NCBI GenBank assembly: GCA_012031785.1
Contig: JAAUTG010000001.1
Coordinates: forward strand, 1,896-65,895
From: Saprospiraceae bacterium
GTDB lineage: Bacteria; Bacteroidota; Bacteroidia; Chitinophagales; Saprospiraceae
Length of the DNA: 64,000 nucleotides
Direction: 5' to 3'
Within the stretch, counting starts at the first letter, position 1. Each line of letters opens with the position of its first letter. Both the position numbers and the translations under genes were made by a program. The notes beneath the pieces were generated by a model that was not told the origin of the DNA, made no database searches, and was given only the letters and a program-made list of their open reading frames with translations. Of the stretch, positions 1-8,348 are shown in pieces.

Positions 1-174
1 AAGGACGACAAAGCCAAACTTATTCGCTTCATGTCGAATGATGAGGTGGTTTGCCTCCCAGTAATTTCCAATCTTGATACATGGATTTCACTGACGGGAA
101 ATTTCGTTTCACGCGAAGATGTTTTGGGTTTTTTACCTATACCAGATTATTCCCAGCTAGAACTGGGACTTTAG
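1..174 (+). CDS. hypothetical protein, 3' fragment (start lies left of window)
   Basis: Frame 1 is open from base 1 to TAG 172-174. Same strand as the following early genes. Confidence 0.35.
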   Translation, partial: KDDKAKLIRFMSNDEVVCLPVISNLDTWISLTGNFVSREDVLGFLPIPDYSQLELGL

Positions 175-190
175 AAAGGATAAAGAAAGT

Positions 191-460
191 ATGTTCATCA
201 CTATTCAAGATACCAAAGAAGGGCTAGTCTTAATGGCTGGTGATTTTTCTATTGGGGTAGAACAAACCCAGCTTCTGGGGAAGTTCGTCTTATTATCTGA
301 TAACCAAACGACTGGGAAGGTTGCCTCAATTTCTTTTGAAACTGGTGAGCAGCCAACGTTTCTCATCGAATTCCTAGGCGGACGGAAAGTTGTTCGCAAA
401 GATCAAATCGCCCAAACCATTACCCTGTCGGCGTTTATGGAAAAACAGGGGTTGAGTTGA
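191..460 (+). CDS. hypothetical protein
   Basis: 89-codon ORF with ATG start. Its stop overlaps the next ORF start (translational coupling). Confidence 0.5.
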   Translation: MFITIQDTKEGLVLMAGDFSIGVEQTQLLGKFVLLSDNQTTGKVASISFETGEQPTFLIEFLGGRKVVRKDQIAQTITLSAFMEKQGLS

Positions 461-870
461 TTTGTATTGCGGATATGCGAAAGCTGTTCGCTATCACAGG
501 CGCAATGCGTCGCAGTGATGGAACTTTTCGTGGCACATCTGGTGTTGATTGGTTAGGTCAGGTCTATAACGACCTGATCTTCACGGTTACACCAGATGTG
601 ATCCACGTGGTTGGAATGGTACACCATCCAGAATTCCACCCACTAGCAGTGGAGTTTGAAGACAGCGCGGCACAATTGTCGGCTGTCAAGGTTGGTGATA
701 CTGTTTTATTTGAAAATTCTCCCCTTGAAAAGAAGATCGAATGGGTTAATGAAGTTAACTATGGAGTGACGATGCGGTTTGAAATCCCAAAAATCATCAG
801 CTTTCCACTAGATCGTCTAATTTTTTACGGAGAGGGTTCATGGTGGGTGAGAAATCACCCCCTGTTCTAA
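457..870 (+). CDS. hypothetical protein (start uncertain: TTG 457 or ATG 475)
   Basis: 137-codon ORF in the operon-like + strand series. Confidence 0.5.
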   Translation: MICIADMRKLFAITGAMRRSDGTFRGTSGVDWLGQVYNDLIFTVTPDVIHVVGMVHHPEFHPLAVEFEDSAAQLSAVKVGDTVLFENSPLEKKIEWVNEVNYGVTMRFEIPKIISFPLDRLIFYGEGSWWVRNHPLF

Positions 871-881
871 ACTACGCGATG

Positions 882-890
882 TGGTATAAT
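882..890 (+). promoter_or_regulatory. extended -10 promoter element TGgTATAAT upstream of ssb
   Basis: gatgTGgTATAATagg lies 26 nt upstream of the ssb ATG. No good -35 element is present. Confidence 0.35.
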
Positions 891-915
891 AGGTTCATTG
901 ATAATTGGAGGTAGT

Positions 916-1385
916 ATGAGTAGCTCAATCACAATCTATGGTAATGTTTCCAAAATGAAAGACCTTGAATTTCTGGATAGCGGAGTGGCGCGGCTGAGCG
1001 TCCAGGTTGCAGTGTCCCTTCGGGGACGGCAAAATAGCGATGGAAAGTGGGATAACCCCACACAGTTTTACACCGTCACTGTGTGGGGGAAGCAAGCGGA
1101 GACAATCGCTGATACATGGAATGTCGGAGATCAAGTCATGGCAGTTGGCGTTGATCCTGTCTCCTCTCCCTATATCCGAAACGACGGGACTGCCGCCGCA
1201 AATATCGCTTTTTCTGCGTCTCATATTCAACGCGAAAAAAGGCGAAAGGTGCTGCTGAGGTTGACCAGTCAAATCAGCCACGCCAGCAACAACCTCCGCA
1301 ATCTAACCGCCGCCAACCTCAGCAGCAGGCTGAACCAGATGATAGTGGGTTCGACTATGACCATGTTGATGATATTCCGTTTTAA
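916..1385 (+). CDS. ssb: single-stranded DNA-binding protein, reading frame interrupted at an A6 run (about 1235-1240)
   Basis: Frame 1 encodes an OB-fold-like N-terminus (ITIYGNVSKMKDLEF...FYTVTVWGKQAE...GDQVMAVG), preceded by the RBS ggagg. The -1 frame from about 1239 encodes KAKGAAEVDQSNQPRQQQPPQSNRRQPQQQAEPDDSGFDYDHVDDIPF*, the typical Gln/Pro-rich linker plus acidic DDIPF tail of bacterial and phage SSBs. Confidence 0.85.
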
Positions 1386-1393
1386 CTAGTAGT

Positions 1394-1410
1394 GGGGGGG
1401 CAGCCCTCCC
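1394..1410 (+). terminator. GC stem-loop after ssb (possible RNA 3' end; no U-tract)
   Basis: GGGGGGG-cag-CCCTCCC forms 7 pairs including one G-T. Confidence 0.25.
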
Positions 1411-1435
1411 TGCATTATCAAAACAAGGAGGGAAT

Positions 1436-1984
1436 ATGCAAAATTTGGTAAACCAAGTAAAAAACGCCAACATTTCCGACAATGACAGATCGGAAATTCT
1501 TCGAATTCTGGCAAAGTACACCCCTAGTGGGGGGGGTGCGACCCTTCATGCTGACGGCTCAGCCCGCAATGGATCAGGGTTGAACTATGTAGGTATTGGA
1601 GGGGTAATCCATATCAGGGGTGAACTAGAGACAGTTTACAGTCAGGCTGTGCTATCCTGCCCAGCAACGAACAATACCGCCGAATTATTGGCGATTGAGT
1701 TCGGGCTGAATTATCTGTCAGACAAAGTCACTGAATTCGACACGATACGGGTTTTTTCCGACAGCCAATTCGCTGTTGGGGTTTTGACCACGTGGACAGC
1801 AAAAGATGCCCACAACCGTATAATTGTGGGGCGAATTCAGAAAATCACCAATGCGATGGCACTTAGCGGTGTTTCCGTGAAATACCAACGTACTGATGAC
1901 AGTAACAAGTACATCAAAATGGCGCACCACAACGCCAAAGACGGTTTAGAAAAAGGAGATGTTGAATATGGAAATGACAACTGA
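1436..1984 (+). CDS. RNase H (type 1 / RNase HI-like)
   Basis: Catalytic-residue pattern HADGSA...TNNTAELLAIEFGL...VFSDSQFAV...NKYIKMAHHNAKDG. RBS aaggaggg precedes the ATG. Confidence 0.75.
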   Translation: MQNLVNQVKNANISDNDRSEILRILAKYTPSGGGATLHADGSARNGSGLNYVGIGGVIHIRGELETVYSQAVLSCPATNNTAELLAIEFGLNYLSDKVTEFDTIRVFSDSQFAVGVLTTWTAKDAHNRIIVGRIQKITNAMALSGVSVKYQRTDDSNKYIKMAHHNAKDGLEKGDVEYGNDN

Positions 1985-2276
1985 ACAACGATTGGTGCTA
2001 TACTGGAATTGGCTGCGGAATGGGGATCAAGTAACAGGAATTTCCGTAGCGGTAGCGTCGGTAGTCGCAGAAATTCTTTTGGGCAAGTATGAAGATGACC
2101 GCACGACCTATGCTGAAGCAGCAGTGAAGTTCCTTGAACTGCTGTTCACGGAGGAAGACTGGGGGCAATTCAGTGTCAATGCAATAGCAACAATGCTAGA
2201 ATGTAACACGGTGCTTGAAGTTTACAACATCATGAATGAAAATCTGGGTCAGAGCAAAAAAGATGTCGCTGACTAG
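1959..2276 (+). CDS. hypothetical protein
   Basis: 105-codon ORF. RBS aaaggag lies upstream of the ATG cluster at 1959-1974. Confidence 0.4.
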   Translation: MLNMEMTTEQRLVLYWNWLRNGDQVTGISVAVASVVAEILLGKYEDDRTTYAEAAVKFLELLFTEEDWGQFSVNAIATMLECNTVLEVYNIMNENLGQSKKDVAD

Positions 2277-3186
2277 CCTACTAGATCGGATTGTTGATGA
2301 GCTAGTTCCTGAAGCGGAACTACGGCATCTCACTGGGGTGTGTAACGATATTAATGCACGCCTCAGTGAGGCGGCTAGAAGCCAAATCCCCGACGGGGTG
2401 AACTTTAACCTATACCCGCATAATATGGTAGGTACAGCCGTATCGTACATTATTCGGTTCTATCTATCTGGTTTTGATCCTGCGGTGGCTGCAAGTGGGA
2501 TCGGGGTAGAGGCTTGGGAGTTGCTACAATCTAAAAGCCGTCAACACAACTCTCTTCACACTATAAAAGGGCTGACGCGGCTATTCGATGAGCGCGACCC
2601 AGAGAAATTGGCGCACATGAGCATGATCCTTGCCGTGCTGGAAAAGTACCATCGTAGCGCAATGCGCCTTGGTGAAGATTTCAACCTGGATAATATGACA
2701 CGGGCTACTTTCCCGCCTAGTATCTATTCCAGCGTTATCCAAGACATTACTGGGGTTTACCAGCACTTCACTAATCGGGTTGAACCTGATAAAGATCAAT
2801 TTCCTATTGGGTTCGATTTGAACCCAGTCTTTGACAAGTCCGCCGACTATGGCGGGGCAGATTGTCCGATGGCAAATTGGGGAAACGTGTGGATATTCCG
2901 CACGTCTATGAAGAAAAGCCCGTGCGACGTGCATTTTTTAGTTAAAGCATTGGCATATGCCGCATTCAACGCGGAAGATGACCTTTTTGAGGATATGCGT
3001 GATGCACAGACTATTCACCTTGTTTTTCCGCGTCATGCGGTAAAGCTAGAAATGCCAGCCTGGTCGGTATCGTCAAATTTTGATCTGATAACAGATACGC
3101 TTACAGCGTGGAAGCCAATGAGTAACAAGCCGCGTTCCCGCCCACTCTTTGAGCAAAATATGCGGGATAGTTATTGGGGCGTATAG
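2263..3186 (+). CDS. hypothetical protein
   Basis: Long ORF. I prefer the internal ATG at 2263 (MSLTSLL), which overlaps the previous stop by 14 nt, over the ORF-track start at 2236. Confidence 0.5.
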   Translation: MSLTSLLDRIVDELVPEAELRHLTGVCNDINARLSEAARSQIPDGVNFNLYPHNMVGTAVSYIIRFYLSGFDPAVAASGIGVEAWELLQSKSRQHNSLHTIKGLTRLFDERDPEKLAHMSMILAVLEKYHRSAMRLGEDFNLDNMTRATFPPSIYSSVIQDITGVYQHFTNRVEPDKDQFPIGFDLNPVFDKSADYGGADCPMANWGNVWIFRTSMKKSPCDVHFLVKALAYAAFNAEDDLFEDMRDAQTIHLVFPRHAVKLEMPAWSVSSNFDLITDTLTAWKPMSNKPRSRPLFEQNMRDSYWGV

Positions 3187-3219
3187 TCCCTACAGTCAGT
3201 GTTAAAAAAGGAGAGCAAT

Positions 3220-3840
3220 ATGTTAACAGTGGAAATGCTAAACACCAAGAAGATCATCGGCGTGATGCTAGACATCATATATAAAAAAATCATTGAAGAC
3301 CCTGCAACGTTTTACAATCTGTTTTTTGTTGAAGGCAAAATTTCTGAGAGTAGCTTTCGTTCGCTCTATTATTCCGACGACTATGGGTATCCAGAAGTCC
3401 TGGTTGGGATTAAAGTGCCTGACTTTGTCGTCCACAAGAGCATGGCGGAAATTAATTTGATTTACCGCCGTGAGCGGCAGGCTATCGAAGAATTAGAGAT
3501 GGTGGTATCCATTGCGCGGTATCTTATTGAAGTGGAGGGGTATCGTTTTACTAGAACGGTAAACCTTGACAATAGGGTGCGCTATATCATCATGAAGGAT
3601 GGGCAGCCCCTAGATACGTACAAATCACCAAAGGTGGCGATTATATTCGCCTGCCTGATTGCCTCACAGGGAGGTAACAGTGAGTGCAAGGCTTGGGTTG
3701 AGAAATTGGCGAACTGGATACTTCCACAACTGGATGTTTTCCCGCGCAGAGGAGATATTGTTGTAAAAATCCGTATAAGGCAGATAGCTCATGGTATTTT
3801 CTACCTCAAACTACTTATACGGATAATCAATTGGTTATAG
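3220..3840 (+). CDS. hypothetical protein
   Basis: ATG 3220 is preceded by aaaaggagagc. The ORF-track start at 3199 is a GTG inside the RBS region. Confidence 0.5.
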   Translation: MLTVEMLNTKKIIGVMLDIIYKKIIEDPATFYNLFFVEGKISESSFRSLYYSDDYGYPEVLVGIKVPDFVVHKSMAEINLIYRRERQAIEELEMVVSIARYLIEVEGYRFTRTVNLDNRVRYIIMKDGQPLDTYKSPKVAIIFACLIASQGGNSECKAWVEKLANWILPQLDVFPRRGDIVVKIRIRQIAHGIFYLKLLIRIINWL

Positions 3841-3864
3841 ATACCTATCGGGAAGAAGAAGCAA

Positions 3865-4344
3865 ATGAGGTTGATAGCGTTCAAGATAGCGAATGAATTC
3901 ATCACCAAGTCTGATCCAATCACGATGGTGGAATTAATATCTGGGGTTCGCACGCGCCCAGAGGATATTGCGCGTGTACAGTCGGAAATAACCGAATGGC
4001 TTCGGTTTCCGATTGAAGCTCATGCCGAACGATTGGATTCTTTACAAGGATTTGACCATACCGAATGGCGAACCCTCTCCCGAAACAAGAAACCAGTTCC
4101 ACAGAACTATTTTTGGGTTTGGCAAGAAGGAAATCGTCCATTTGGAGGTATCCGCCAGTGGAGTGGCTCCCCCTTGATTTTCAAGGGGGCTTATCGGTTT
4201 TACACCGCGAAACATGAAGTTTTTTTGCTCCTTGACAATTCTGGATCATGGTCAATACCAGGGGTGGAGCAGTATCTTAGAGCAACTATGCTGAAAGGCG
4301 GAGAGAGTAACAGACATTGGATTAGACAAATAACTGTGATATAG
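3865..4344 (+). CDS. hypothetical protein
   Basis: 159-codon ORF followed by two hairpins. Confidence 0.5.
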   Translation: MRLIAFKIANEFITKSDPITMVELISGVRTRPEDIARVQSEITEWLRFPIEAHAERLDSLQGFDHTEWRTLSRNKKPVPQNYFWVWQEGNRPFGGIRQWSGSPLIFKGAYRFYTAKHEVFLLLDNSGSWSIPGVEQYLRATMLKGGESNRHWIRQITVI

Positions 4345-4346
4345 TA

Positions 4347-4372
4347 ATGTCAGCCCGACGATGGGCTGTCAT
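4347..4372. terminator. stem-loop between convergent genes
   Basis: ATGTCAGCCC-gacgat-GGGCTGTCAT with one internal mismatch. Confidence 0.4.
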
Positions 4373-4396
4373 GCTTCACTTTATGAACTCAAATGT

Positions 4397-4437
4397 TTGC
4401 CCGTTGCCCCACACTGATTGCAGTGGGGCGCGGGCAA
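4397..4437. terminator. two-tier stem-loop between convergent genes
   Basis: Outer stem TTGCCCG/CGGGCAA, inner stem CCCCAC/GTGGGG. It sits between the 3' ends of 3865..4344 (+) and the HNH gene (-). Confidence 0.45.
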
Positions 4438-4443
4438 TTACAT

Positions 4444-5019
4444 TTACGGGATGTGTTGCCAGGTCTTGCGCCTAACAGCATCCCGTACCGTCGGGTAGGA
4501 AACATTGATCCCATATTCTGCTTTAATCAAATGGGCTATCTTCCGCAATGAGACACCATCTGTATGCCACTGCCGAATAACTGGGATCATATGGTCTTTT
4601 AGCTTGGACATTCCAGAGGCTTCCCCCCTGGGGATGTGTCTACGTTTATCAATGCGATCATATGATCGCTGGACGTTTTCACGATGTGGCAGATACCGCA
4701 AGTTTTCAACATGGTTGTTACGCGGATTGCCGTCTATGTGATCCACTTCACATCCAGATGGTCGTTCCCCGACGTGAGCCAGCAGAACCAGCCCATGCAC
4801 CGTGAAGCATCGCCCCTTACGCTCCCCCTCTGCGGTGAGATACACAAACATGTATCCATTCCGATCCGCCTGCGGCTTCAACAAGCCATAAGCAGGCTTG
4901 CTCCACATTTTAACGTCGCGCCTAACCTCTCCCTGATCGCTAACGCTATAGCGACCCTCAAAACCTGGTACTGGTTTCCACACAAGTATTTCTCCTGTAC
5001 TTTTCACTGTGAAAATCAT
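4444..5019 (-). CDS. HNH homing endonuclease (NUMOD4-like N-terminus plus HNH_3-type core)
   Basis: WKPVPGFEGRYSVSDQGEVRR, then GYMFVYL...FTVHGLVLLAHVG...EVDHIDGNPRNNHVENLRYLPHRENV. It is the only reverse-strand gene in this part of the early block. I prefer the start at MIFTVK (5019) over 5085. Confidence 0.85.
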   Translation of the reverse strand: MIFTVKSTGEILVWKPVPGFEGRYSVSDQGEVRRDVKMWSKPAYGLLKPQADRNGYMFVYLTAEGERKGRCFTVHGLVLLAHVGERPSGCEVDHIDGNPRNNHVENLRYLPHRENVQRSYDRIDKRRHIPRGEASGMSKLKDHMIPVIRQWHTDGVSLRKIAHLIKAEYGINVSYPTVRDAVRRKTWQHIP

Positions 5020-5200
5020 AACACGAAAGTTACAGCAGGTAAACCCTATAGTTACCATAAGTATGGTAGTGGATGGTAAATCCAATTACCAACAACTACA
5101 CCGCAAAAATAAAATACTTCTTTTATTGAATAGGCATTTTTATAAATGAAAAGACCCCGCTTAAATGAGGATGCCAGAACGTTTGCAGGGTCTTCGGTTA

Positions 5201-5229
5201 TTGTTCCAAGGAGTAGCCTGCATTATAAT
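5201..5229 (+). promoter_or_regulatory. candidate sigma70-type promoter TTGTTC-N17-TATAAT
   Basis: Perfect -10 at 5224-5229 and a weak -35 at 5201-5206, about 30 nt upstream of the gene at 5261. Confidence 0.35.
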
Positions 5230-5260
5230 AGCTATTCCTCTAGTTCGCAAGGAGTGAACC

Positions 5261-5695
5261 ATGAACATAAAACAAAATGTGAGTTTCCCAGTGATGAATT
5301 TGGGATTGAAGGACTTTCAGCAATGGCGACTGTCTATTAACTCTGGAGATTATCACTTCAGTGTTAAGACGGTTGCGTTTGCTATTGATGCAAGAGGTCA
5401 AATGCCATTTTGGGCAGGATATGGAGCAGTGTCTATCTTAGCTGCTCTGCAAGTTTACGCAAAGAAAGATTTCGCAGGCGGGAACGTGCGCGGTACGGGC
5501 AAAAGAGTGAATGGAACAGATGACCAGGCGTTCATGTTTGCCCCACCGTATATCGTAAACAGCATTAAATCACCACTAGGTGAAAATAACGCCATCTTTT
5601 TATCCAGCCGCTTCGCAAATCCAACCTTGAGTAAACTTGATGAGGCTGCGGGCTGGATACCCGTTTTGGAAACCCATACGACGGAAGCCAGATGA
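5261..5695 (+). CDS. hypothetical protein
   Basis: 144-codon ORF with RBS aaggag and an ATGA overlap with the next gene. Confidence 0.55.
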   Translation: MNIKQNVSFPVMNLGLKDFQQWRLSINSGDYHFSVKTVAFAIDARGQMPFWAGYGAVSILAALQVYAKKDFAGGNVRGTGKRVNGTDDQAFMFAPPYIVNSIKSPLGENNAIFLSSRFANPTLSKLDEAAGWIPVLETHTTEAR

Positions 5696-5916
5696 GCGAC
5701 GATACATTCACGCAGCTTTTCAAGATGGTTCGTCATGTGGCAACTGCCCCGATTAAGACAGAATGGGCAGAAGAAGTCGTGGATGAAGCCAAGTATCGAA
5801 AGCTAGTAATGCCAGCCATCAACTACAACACCAACATTTGGTTGGTGTCTAACAATGCTGATGCCTTTGGGGAAATGATCTCCGATATGGTCAAAGCGAA
5901 GCAAGTCCGATTTTAG
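5692..5916 (+). CDS. hypothetical protein
   Basis: 74-codon ORF coupled to its neighbour by an ATGA overlap. Confidence 0.5.
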   Translation: MSDDTFTQLFKMVRHVATAPIKTEWAEEVVDEAKYRKLVMPAINYNTNIWLVSNNADAFGEMISDMVKAKQVRF

Positions 5917-5933
5917 TCATAAGGAGAAACCTA

Positions 5934-8348
5934 ATGAAAGAAAACATTATGGGAGGTCGTGATGCGAATGTCATCAAAATGGGTTTTTTCGCAACCGATG
6001 AATGGATTTTTCCGCACATAATCAAACACGTTGTACCTTCAAGAAAATCCCTGCCGATGTTAGATGGTAGCGCGGGTGAGGGTGACGTGTTAGCCGCATT
6101 GGCTGATGCCTGGAATTTGAACCCGTATGGAGTTGAGTTAGAATCATCGCGTGGAGAAATTCTACGCACTAAAATTCCGTACTTTCAAGCAATAGTCGGT
6201 AATTTTCTGACTGCCGCAATTACCAATGAGGCATTTGCGTTAATCTACAACAACGCTCCGTATGCGAACGACACAACGGCTGAAGCCGAAAACAAACGGC
6301 TAGAGTATCAATTTTTGAAAGAAAATCGCAAGCTGCTGTATCCATACGGTGGCATCATGGTTAACGTTGTCTACGCACAGCACTTAACCGCGTCGTATTG
6401 CAATTATTTGACCCAGTATTTCAGTGAGGTCAAGGTGATGCGTATTCCCCAGAAACACTTGGGCGAATATATGCAATTGGTTATATTCACCAAGTTGGAT
6501 CGTCAAGGCAAGTTCACCATGAATGGGCGCGGGGCGCAGTTAGCAGAACTGGCTGAATATAACTATCAAGCCAGCAAAAGCGGCATGTCCCTAGATGACA
6601 TGGGCGATGATCCGAAGATTTTCAAGAGCATCGTAGAACGTGATCCGTTGGGCTGGGAGATTGCCGCCCCGACCCGACGTATTACGATGTTCAAATCTGC
6701 GGAGTATGACAGCGACGCAGTAAAAACCTCATTTGAGGTGGCTAATCCAATGAATTCGGTGCAACTTCGTATTAACCGCGAAATCGCGTCCCTGGAAAAT
6801 GAAATCAATACGGTTGTTCCTCCCCAGCCGCATACTTTGGCGATGATGCTATCGGCTACTAATATGCTATCAGATGTTGTACTTGAGACTGATACGCATG
6901 GTCGTGTAATGTTAAAAACGACTGTGTCCCAAGAGCGAATCGAATCGGGGCATCAGGTGTCTGAAACCGCCACCCCAAGTGGGGATCGTGTCCAGAAGGA
7001 GGAATGGTCGGTTGTTACCGCCGACGTTAGCCACGTCTGGATGATGGATCAAGACGGCAGCTTAACTGAAATTGATACGACTATACTCCACAAATTCGTA
7101 AAAGCGAACCTGCCCGAAGTACAGGAAATTGCGAATAGGAAAATTCGGGTTGCCTATAATTTCGACTATTGCGGGCTGCCAGAGCTTGAAGCTCTACTCA
7201 AATCCATTCGGCTTAACAAAGCTGGGCGGCGCAATGGGTTAAAAGGTGTTCAACGACACGTAGTAGCCGCAGCTTACTCAGTGCTAGTCAAAAATAAAGG
7301 CGTTGCGATTGCCGCAGAGCCTGGCTTTGGCAAAACATTCGTTGCGGCTTCGATCCTACAGCTCATGAAATACCGCACTGCCGACGATAGCGATTATGGC
7401 ATCAACAAAATGCTGGGGCGTTATCGGAAACGCCAGGGCGATATTGATATTGTCATTTCACCCCCGCATATCGTCACTAAGTTTGCCGATGAAATTCGGC
7501 TCTCTTTCCCAGAGGCTAACGTCTGGGCGATTTACTCAGGTGCGAAAGGCACTCCGCTACAGCAGTGGCGGAAATTCCGAAATGAAGAAAAAGCCTTACC
7601 CAAAGACGCAATTCGCGTTCTGGTCATTTCACGTGAGTACCTGAAAAGCGGGGAAGGCTGGGAAGCCTCAGTCCGCGCACGTTATAGCCAACGCGGTATT
7701 TTCGCGGAATGCCCCACGACTGGGGAAAATGTACGCGAAAATTATGTTGAAGCTAGCCGCCCCCTTATGCCCAATGAAGTGTCTGGGAAGCGATTGCGCT
7801 TCGGACTGACCAAAATGGGAAAGCCAGAGCGCGGGGTTCGTTCTACTAAATGGGAAGGTTACTACTCTGTTGTAGAGGACATCGCCATTATGGACGAAAA
7901 TCGCGTAGCGGCTGAAGGTCGGGAGTTGTCGAACCTGTTGTTTCACGGTGAAAGTGCCGTGTCCAATGAAGCGGTTCGTCGTATCTGGGCGCGTCATGAG
8001 GCTGCTAAAAAACGCCTCTATCACGAACTCAAAATGGAAGCGACGGTTCATTGCCCGTTTCTCTGGCAAGAAACCCGTACCTTCACCTCAAATTCTGCCT
8101 ATTGGGGATTATCCGCTTCTGAAATGCTTGCGCTGGCAACCGGTAAGCATTATCGGATGTACTCCCCAACACCATCCCACAATAGTGGAAATAAAGTTGA
8201 TGTCGCAGACCTCAGCGCGGTTTTATGGCACTGCGCGGAAAAGGCGAATGCCATCCAAACTATGAGCCAGAAACTGACTTCATGGTTAAGGGGGAGGTTC
8301 GCCGACCAGTACCCGTTTATTCGCTCATTCCGTTTCCTGATCTGCTGA
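5934..8348 (+). CDS. N6-adenine DNA methyltransferase domain fused to the N-terminal half (motifs I, Ia) of an SF2 helicase; frame breaks before motif II
   Basis: MTase motif I LDGSAGEG (6059-6082) and motif IV NNAPY (6249-6263). Helicase Walker A AAEPGFGKT (GFGKT = 7323-7337) and motif Ia DIVISPPHIV. The last roughly 20 codons (RFADQYPFIRSFRFLIC) look like out-of-frame sequence. Confidence 0.75.
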   Translation: MKENIMGGRDANVIKMGFFATDEWIFPHIIKHVVPSRKSLPMLDGSAGEGDVLAALADAWNLNPYGVELESSRGEILRTKIPYFQAIVGNFLTAAITNEAFALIYNNAPYANDTTAEAENKRLEYQFLKENRKLLYPYGGIMVNVVYAQHLTASYCNYLTQYFSEVKVMRIPQKHLGEYMQLVIFTKLDRQGKFTMNGRGAQLAELAEYNYQASKSGMSLDDMGDDPKIFKSIVERDPLGWEIAAPTRRITMFKSAEYDSDAVKTSFEVANPMNSVQLRINREIASLENEINTVVPPQPHTLAMMLSATNMLSDVVLETDTHGRVMLKTTVSQERIESGHQVSETATPSGDRVQKEEWSVVTADVSHVWMMDQDGSLTEIDTTILHKFVKANLPEVQEIANRKIRVAYNFDYCGLPELEALLKSIRLNKAGRRNGLKGVQRHVVAAAYSVLVKNKGVAIAAEPGFGKTFVAASILQLMKYRTADDSDYGINKMLGRYRKRQGDIDIVISPPHIVTKFADEIRLSFPEANVWAIYSGAKGTPLQQWRKFRNEEKALPKDAIRVLVISREYLKSGEGWEASVRARYSQRGIFAECPTTGENVRENYVEASRPLMPNEVSGKRLRFGLTKMGKPERGVRSTKWEGYYSVVEDIAIMDENRVAAEGRELSNLLFHGESAVSNEAVRRIWARHEAAKKRLYHELKMEATVHCPFLWQETRTFTSNSAYWGLSASEMLALATGKHYRMYSPTPSHNSGNKVDVADLSAVLWHCAEKANAIQTMSQKLTSWLRGRFADQYPFIRSFRFLIC

